Translations under genes and position numbers: made by a program
Notes under the pieces: generated by a model
Databases searched by the model: none
The model's input: the letters and a program-made list of their open reading frames with translations, nothing else
What the model was told of the DNA's origin: nothing
NCBI GenBank assembly: GCA_950097015.1
Contig: CATNEN010000030.1
Coordinates: 4,464,001-4,528,000, forward strand
Direction of reading: 5' to 3'
Source of the DNA: Macrostomum hystrix
Taxonomy: Eukaryota > Animalia > Platyhelminthes
DNA length: 64,000 nucleotides
In this document: in pieces, positions 56,239 to 64,000 of the stretch
Numbering within the stretch: position 1 is the first letter of the stretch
How the letters are laid out: the number at the start of each line of letters is the position of its first letter

Positions 56239-57902
56239 AAGCTTTTTATATTATTTGATTCAAAGATATAAGGCCTAGGGGTGCCTAGAATATCTGTAGA
56301 TTTTGCTACAGTAAATAGTAGGGCCTATACAGAACAGTTAAAGTTGAAAAATAAGATTTTTGAAGTCTACTAGACATACATCATACATGTGATGTCATGT
56401 GACCACATGCTAGGCATAGGCCTATCATTATCAAATACAAAGTGACAAAAATGTAATAAAAGTGTTGTTGCATCTGAGTAACTGTTAAAAGTTAAGTAAA
56501 AAGTTAGGCCTACAATAGGTAGGGCCTATAATTCTAAAAACGCTTTTTTGTTCCTTACTTTAGACTTCAGCTTCTTTCATATGTAAGGGCTTTACCTGCA
56601 TTCTGCAAAAGAGAGAATGACATAGGCCTAGCTACAACACACCTGTCCTAAGCTTATTCATGACGATTTACAAAAATTTCTGTCGATAAAAACATCTATA
56701 ATTATCTTAAGTGCTCAAAGCACGCATGTTAACACAGAGCCGAAAGAGTCATGTAAAATAACAGTGAATCCATAGGCCACCTATTATGTAAATAGGCCTG
56801 CAGCAATGCAGGTATGATGGAATTAGATTAAACGATGAGTAATGAGGTGTAGCGGTTAATATCTGGCTGGGTTTTTTCTATTAATTGTTATGGTATGGGT
56901 TATAATTGAATATTAATATTAGGTTACAAAGTAGGCTGGCTAAAGAGCGTGGTGCAGCGGCTAAGATCCAAACAATATACTATTTAAACTTATTTAAAAA
57001 TTGGGAAACGCCATTTCTCAGTATCAAGTATTTAATTATATAAATATTTTTATATAATCTATAAAGAGAACCAAGTCACACGGTAACACGTTCTTTGTTC
57101 ATATAACAATAAGCCTATAGCAAGAATATAACAATAACTTCAAAACTTGGCAAGCCTGCCTGATCAATTCTGTGATCTTCTTGGCGGATTTGAAACAGTA
57201 TAAATGCAATACGATGTTAAACAAAGTAAACTTTCTGTAACTATTGTTTACAAAAAAGGTACTACTTTCTACTAATATCGCATAAAACCGATCAGTGCTT
57301 CTTTTAATTTACAGTTTCGTTTGAACAAATTTTCATAAGGAAAGCGGTTTTCTAATTCGCATTAGTTTAAATCACGTAAACTTGGCCACCGAAAATTTAA
57401 GTTATGCAGTGGCTTCGAAATTCAGCGAAGAATCAAAGAAAAAGGAATTGCTCAACTGTATCAGAATGATTTATCGACAAATCTGTCTATCTCACATTGC
57501 TTTGCTTTTTTTCCTTTTATCTTCCATATCAGCTTGGACAGGTTTGTAACTATATAGATTATTGTGTGCTGTTTAAATATTGTTATTTCACAAATTCAAC
57601 TTAAAGTTAAATGTCAGCAGTCAAGCAGGGGGAGGGTCAGTTAGAAAGAAATAAATTTGCTATTCTGTGCAATGCCAGGCGTACCTTGGTAGATTCTGTG
57701 AGCTTGAAACTGTGAGCTTGAGCCCGAGTAACTTAAAAGATTTATTTTACTAGTTGCAGTTTTATTGAAAATTATTCTGTGTACTACCTAAGATTAGTAC
57801 ACAAGGTTGGAATATTTATTTTTGTGTTAATCATCAATCAGTTCGGTCTCTCAAAGAGATGTGTCTGTTTTCTATATCAACTTTAAACTTTAGAAATTTG
57901 TT

Positions 57903-58520
57903 TTCGTTGTTCGTTGTTGTTGATGTTGTATTAGCCACTAGGAAGGTCCGGGACCGCTCCCCAGGCCATAAAATCGCCAGGATAAGCTGTGCTACGGCGC
58001 TTGGTTGGCTCCACAGGTCAAGGAGCACCAGGTAGGTAGCATGAGGATTGCAGTTGAAAAGGTGCGTGACCGAATCTTCATCAAGCCGGCACCTGGGGCA
58101 CATGGGGAGGACTTCAGGGTCCAGCTTCGACTGGTATGTCGCGAGCAAGCGGAACTAAGCTGCAAGAGGGTGACCCTGATCTTCCGGCTCAAACTGCGCT
58201 CCGTACGGTTGATGTTAGGGCCGGCCTACCGAGGAGGCTGTGAGCAGGCCTGCTGTCGAGGTAGAGTTTGACGCAGGCAGAGTGAATCGCTTTGAGAACG
58301 CTGATGGCCGGAGTGATGGATTTGATGGAGTCGATGAGAGGCTGGAGGCGCGCAAGGAAGTTAGAGGCTAAGTCTTAAAGGCTGTTCCAAAGTTAACGGG
58401 CGGTGGGTGGCTGAGAGAAAAGGCAGAACAAAGATAGCCTGATGGCCTTGGTTGGACATCATCATCCAGTACTGCACGGAAAGCAGGCGTAGAATTATAA
58501 AGTTCACTCCTCTGTCGCTT
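57903..58520 (-). mobile_element. 3' remnant of an I-group-like non-LTR retrotransposon
   Basis: Frameshifted RLLSVQY, ERSLSRKIRVTLLQL, CPRC....DSVTHLFNC zinc motif, LW..P; (AAC)n-like tail at 57903-57927. Confidence 0.75.
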
Positions 58521-59165
58521 GTGGCCCAGTAGAAAGAAGTCTATTGTTCTCTTTTATCGTTGGCTTCTGTGGGTATTTTTATCACTTTGCAGTGCGCTAG
58601 TAACCCTCAGTTTTCTTGCATGCAGTTGCAGTTTTCAGTTTAATTTTCTACTACTCTACTACTCTACTACTACTCTACTTTACTACTTTGCTCGCTACTG
58701 AGCAAACCCAGCCCGATGCAAAGCATTGTCATCTTTTAATTTCCTGATCATAGCAACATTTATTAAATATACCGCGTTACTATAGTTTAGCATAATCGAA
58801 ATACAATATTTAAGCAATTGGTTTTATGCTATTCAAGCCACAAACTGTTTTATATATAAATACTTATTCAGCTTACGAATAGAATGTGGTAGGATCCTTC
58901 GTCTAGGTCTATGAATTTTGCTAGCGAGAAATCTGCTTGCCGAACATGCTATGCCTTCAACAGTTATTTGTGTAAGTAATATATGAGCAGTTGAATACTT
59001 GTACTCCATCAAATCTGCTCCGCCACTTGTACTTCATTAGCATGCACACTGTTTGACTACTTGATTTGCGGGAAACTTCGAATGTTCAGACACCATTTTT
59101 GTGGGAGAAACTATAGCATCTCTCGGCTAAAGAAGGCGCCCAGCCGGGACGTGTGCTCTAACTCG

Positions 59166-59295
59166 GGTCCATGAGCTTTTCCCGCCGAGCTTTTCCCCCA
59201 CGATCTTTCCCCGCAGCGAGGTTTTCCCACAGGAGCTTTTCCCGCGACGAGTTTTTCCCGCAGGTCTTTTCCCCGCCGAGCTTTTCCCGCCGTGG
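59166..59295. repeat. Degenerate 14-16-bp tandem array (TTTTCCCGC core)
   Basis: About 8 units such as GAGCTTTTCCCGCC; may be subterminal repeats of an unidentified DNA transposon. Confidence 0.7.
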
Positions 59296-59399
59296 GTTTT
59301 CGGACCGAAACACCCAACGATTTTCTCGCCATTTTTTTCTTGCCCATTCACCTTCCCCACGAAAATGTCTGCAATGTCTGCAATCGAAGCTAAATTACC

Positions 59400-61800
59400 C
59401 AAATGTGCTGTCCACGATAGCTTCTGCAGTTGCCATGCGAACCTCTTCTGCGGTTAGAATCGGGTGATACTCCCGAACTAAGTACTTGTTCAGGTAGGTT
59501 GGGTCGAGACAAAGTCGCATTGTACCATCCTTCTTCCACACTATAGTGACGTTCGACGGATTAGTCTAATCCGACTAATCAGACTAGGAGCGTATAAGCT
59601 GACTTGCAGTGATCTGAGAATGACTAGGTGCTTCGGCATTTTCAAGACTTTTCTGTTGTCTGTTTCAGCTTCTTGATAAGCTGCAGCTCATGCAGTAATG
59701 ACTTCCAACCGACTGTTGGTGTCAAATTCTCTTCTACTAGTATAACTACGAATTGTAATATTTTTTTCTTCTGGCATGGTGAGGAGACGGTCAGATAAGT
59801 TGTACCACCTACATCCAGTTGCTGTCTACTGTAGGTGGTGAGTGTCCATAATGCAGGTTCGACCTCAGCAGTGGGAGCAAAGTAATCTAAATTCCACAGT
59901 GGTATGACGTTGACATTTACCCCTGTATCTACTTTAAACTGTAACTTTCCACCAGACCCTTTGGCTGTTAGCCTCATCATCATTTTCAAATATTCATGCT
60001 GAGGCTGGGCCTTCAACTTTTTAACTGTCATAATTAGCGTTTTTGCGGCTTCTTTGTTTGGCTTAACGCTAGCTTCTTGCTCATGGTTGCCTGTTGTACG
60101 TCCTGAAGCTCGTTTACCTTTTTAGAAGACCGGCAAACTGATGAAAACTGATTCGCCCAGCCACAGTTGTTGCACCTTTTGCCTTAGGCTGGAAACTTCC
60201 GCATCTCGTGATGTAGGCCGCAGAAGCCGCAGCTGCGGGCCGATGCTGATGCAACTTTGCCGAAGCTGCCAGTTCTCCAGACTTGCTTTGAACAGCGTCA
60301 ACTGTAGCCGGAGGAAGTCGGATTTGTACTGGCCAGCGCACGAGCTTGTCGCTTTGATGATTCTGATGACCTTCCCGCTTGGATTGCTCGGTCCATCACT
60401 CAGTCTCTGCAGAGTGCTTGGTCGGTGACGCCTATGTGACGACTCGGTGACGACAATCTGGTCTCGAATGGCTCTGCCGCTTACCGTTTCGCCATTGGCT
60501 TGTTAACCATAGTTGCATCATTTGACGAGGTGCTGCAGAGAGCCAACGAACTGGTCGAAGTCTTCTGACTCTGCCTGAACTCTAGTTATGAACAAGTAGC
60601 GATCGAATGTCATTGCTCAGTGGTTCGCAGTATAGTTCTTGAATTTAGAGAGTGCAGAGTCTCAATTTAGTGGTGGACGAAAAGGCTTAGGCCGCTACTG
60701 CCAAGCTCCAATATTTTTTAATTTGCAACGATCGATATTGAGGTGGGTTACTGTGGTGGCGTGAGGCTTTGGCTTCACGCTGCGTGGCGTTTTGGGGTGG
60801 CTGCGTCTAAGTTTTGTTTTCCTTGTGTGCGCGCACTCTGTATTCTGTTCTCTGCGTACAATACTTAATGTACATGTGCAAGTACATGTTTCAATGTAAA
60901 CGGTATCATTTTATTCCTTCGCTATATCGATCGTTATTGGTTCGCTGTATTTCACTTCGTTAAACAATATATATTAACAGTACTTTGGTCCTGTCGCCTT
61001 TTGGCTAGCTCAATCGTAAATAAAGTTGGTTCAGTTACAAGACGAATCAGACGAAGTAAGTACAGTGGAGAATGTAAATGGTTGGGTAAGAGGGGCAGAC
61101 AGCTAAACTGTGCAAGCGGCCTATGCAGCCCTAGAGAGGGAATCACATCCTTCCTCAGCAAGGAATAAAAGTAGAGTTATTAGCAATGGGGATAAAAAGG
61201 AATCGCGTTGCAAAAACTAATATTTAGGTGAGGCAAACGTTTTTCCGAATTCGCAACCGATGCGACAGGTCGTATGAAAATCAAATAGCTGAGACAGCGG
61301 GCAGCGAGCCAAGTGAGATATCCCCCAAAAAGCATAGAGCCATACAAGCAATGAAAGTAATGACGCTTGGCTACGCAGTTCAACATAAACTCGCACGAAA
61401 GGGCAAAAGAGATGTTCATCAGAACAAGCATTAAATTAGCGTTAAGTTAGATATAAAATAAAACGTGAGCACCAATAGCAGTAATCGCGCAGTGTCAGTC
61501 CCTAGATAATAACAGTCACTTAGTATCACAAAGCAGCTCGATCGGTCAATGCGGACCCGGCTTGCAAGCCCGTGGATGGGGCGCAGCGCGATGAACTTGG
61601 GCGACGAGCTGTCTTTCGGCGAGGTCGTCGGATCGTCTGCAGACAGCCGCTTGAGGTCTTTGACGATGCATGACTGGCTTCCTCTGTTCAGCACGAAGGA
61701 GTCGCCCTTGACCTTGCTGACAGTCCAGGGTTCAGGTTCGAAGGGTGTCTGCGTCTTAGTGGCTCGCCGCCGCCTGTGGAGCACCGAGTCGCCATATTAT
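59400..61800 (-). mobile_element. Degenerate Ty3/Gypsy LTR retrotransposon fragments
   Basis: gag remnant (FDRYLFITRVQ..E.FDQFV, IRDQIV, C..CG..H/GKRCNNC knuckle) ~60700-60100; protease FKVDTG 60031-59642; RT start KKDGTMRLCLDP..LN ~59545-59400; pol C-terminal-like PFEPEPW.V..VKG ~61800-61500; PPT-like GAGGAAGGA followed by TGT at 61147. Confidence 0.75.
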
Positions 61801-63081
61801 TTGAATATATATTCGAGTGCGACGTACGAGTGAGAGAGACAACGAGTTAGTATACAGGCTAGCGATATACACTGTAGTGAGCATAGCGAAAGTTAAGTGA
61901 GTACGCGATACACGACAGTTTGCAATATGAAATGTGAAGTTTCAGCCTTGTGAAAAAATGAGCTTTCGAAGTTGTTAAATTTCGATTTTGGGAAACACCC
62001 CTTCAAGGTGACGTCCTCGCTTTGATTAGATTTATGGGACCAGACAAGATGAATGTACTTTTCGATTACTCGGAACAGCTCTCTCTCGACAGAGCAGCTT
62101 TGCATGTACCCGTTTTGTTTATTGCGGACGTACATGTGCAACATATAAGATAAGAAGCATGTTGTTCTGGAGTTGACTTTTAGCCTAGAACAGTAGCTTC
62201 CTACCGAATAAATTACGAGTATGCATGGATCCTGAAGCTTCGCATGCTGCATGTTTTATGATGCCTGCCTAGCTATACCCGGTATGCTCGTATAGCTATA
62301 GCTTTGCTCATCGCCAGAAATTTCGATGTCTCCAGTCTGCGCCAGCCTCGCCACTAATTCAGCCCTCTATTAATCTTATTTATGTTTCCACACTATACAA
62401 AATACCAGAAACTTGTAATTTGCGTTGACTGTACTCATCGGCGTCACGGTGGTGCAGAGGCGCGCATTTTTCCTATCAAACGGAATTCTCCTATGGGAAT
62501 TTAGTCATGGTATGTCGATCGGCCTAAATTGCATGGAGCTTTATGAAGTGCACGCGAATATGCACTGCGTGGATTGGCCTAGAAGCACATAGAGCGGAAT
62601 AGGTCGGATTCTTTTAGCTCTGCACCGATTCTGAGTTAGCGACAGAATTTATTTCTTCACTCTCCATCTCGTTATTAAAAGTACAGTACAAATTCCCAAG
62701 TGGAATATTTTACTTGAAAGCTCTGAGTTTTGTGCCACATAAAATTATTTTTTAATTGCGAGCTTGATAAATTCGCATTGATGAGCCTTGCAGTGAATTC
62801 CATTACTTAAGCCCTAAATTGCTTAATCAGAAATCCAAATACTAATAGATTTAGTGAGATTCTATTAGTTCCCATTAGTTCCAGTTTTTTATTTGAGATT
62901 GGGATATATCAGTTCGATATGAATTCCATATATAGGCAATAGTAAAAATCGAAACGGCAGCTGAAATTTAATGCTGCAACACCGAGGTAACCGAAAAAAA
63001 TTATTAATTCATTTATTTATACATTAATTAATATTCAGTTTCACAGGTATACTAGGCTCGGCATTAAAATCAAGGTTCTCT

Positions 63082-63446
63082 TTAGGAATCGTGGAGTCCA
63101 TGAACTGCCGCAAAATAGTTCGGTGGCGGGGCTGTGACTGGCTCTGGCTGAGCTAGACAACTCGGACTAGGCCTGCGGCTCTGCGCTGACTGCAATGGCG
63201 GGTGCCGCCTAGCGTAGCAGTTGCAGAATACAATGAACCCCACTAGCACAGTGAGCAGACATGCCATGCAGATCAGTATTGCTGCTGAGCTAAATAATCC
63301 GCTGGAGTTTGCCCCATCAGAGCTGTAGTAGAAGCCGTATGTGTACCGAGATCCGTCATAGGAATACGATTGAGAACTTCTGTAGTCGGCGAACCTAACA
63401 GCACCGCCCACTTTACCGGCGATGCCTCTCGCAGCAACCGCTGGAC
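63082..63446 (-). CDS. Last exon of a small single-pass membrane protein (TM, juxtamembrane Cys, PPxY), WBP1/VOPP1/Shisa-like architecture; 5' exon(s) not found in window
   Basis: Acceptor AATGCAG at 63447; hydrophobic AAILICMACLLTVLVGFIVF followed by CNC, RR and PPPNY; stop at 63082. Confidence 0.55.
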
Positions 63447-64000
63447 CTGCATTATAGAAGGATTTGAGCCTTGAGAAGGAAGGATTTGAGCTAATTCACG
63501 TTTTCAACCTCCGGCTGTCTTTTTTCGGAGCTAGGCTTATTTAACACGCTTGCATAGATTTGCTAATTCCCAGAACGTCTTTTAGTGCAATATTTAATTC
63601 TACATGCTCCCAAACTGCTTTAGGAAAAACACAGAAGGACACGTGCAGTTTATGAGAAATTTACAAAAACTCCCATAATTCTCACTTGGTATACCAAAAA
63701 TCGCAATTAATATTGCATATGCAATTCTGACAAAAACATTATATGTTTGAAAATAAAGCCTAATTGATCATAATAATCTATACATGCATAGAAGCAGGCC
63801 GAAAAAACCTAGATATTATTGAACCTCAAGAAAGACAAATATACTCATTATTAAAAACGTTTTATTCACACATAATCACTTGTCCCAAAATAATTCCTAA
63901 TTAAAATGTCAAATGTCAAATATTTTATATATGTGAAACAAAATTTCATAAAACCACTTAACAAAAACAAAACAGAAATAAACATTGCACATAGCACATA

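Noticed and set aside
59560-59590. Short palindrome CGGATTAGTCTAATCCG inside the Gypsy remnant
   Set aside because: Too short, and without a TSD, to interpret.

Overview
Eukaryotic (invertebrate metazoan) genomic DNA with GT-AG introns; no prokaryotic operons or CRISPR arrays. Gene style and the density of minisatellites resemble a free-living flatworm such as Macrostomum (inference, not verified). Host genes, with exons reconstructed by hand from splice signals, frame continuity and family motifs: C-terminus of a death-domain protein, an FMRFamide-receptor-like GPCR with a ~70-aa intracellular loop 1, a divergent mitochondrial SSB-like protein, a divergent Ubc9, a 3-exon Slo1/BK channel, an AIG1/ADTRP hydrolase, NPC2, a 5-HT2-like receptor, an 8-exon PKN kinase and a partial single-pass PPxY membrane protein. 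Mobile DNA: a complete-ended non-autonomous Helitron carrying a nested hAT MITE and flanked by inverted repeats, further hAT MITEs, a Merlin deletion derivative, tRNA-derived SINEs, RTE-like and I-group LINE remnants, a degenerate Gypsy element, and about a dozen unrelated minisatellite arrays. The most notable item is an intact Crypton-type tyrosine-recombinase ORF (31980-33359) with its R, H-x-x-R, H and Y catalytic residues present, subterminal inverted repeats and a 95-bp terminal cruciform. It sits within ~25 bp of a tRNA-Arg(CCT)-like sequence that has a hairpin inserted at the canonical intron position.
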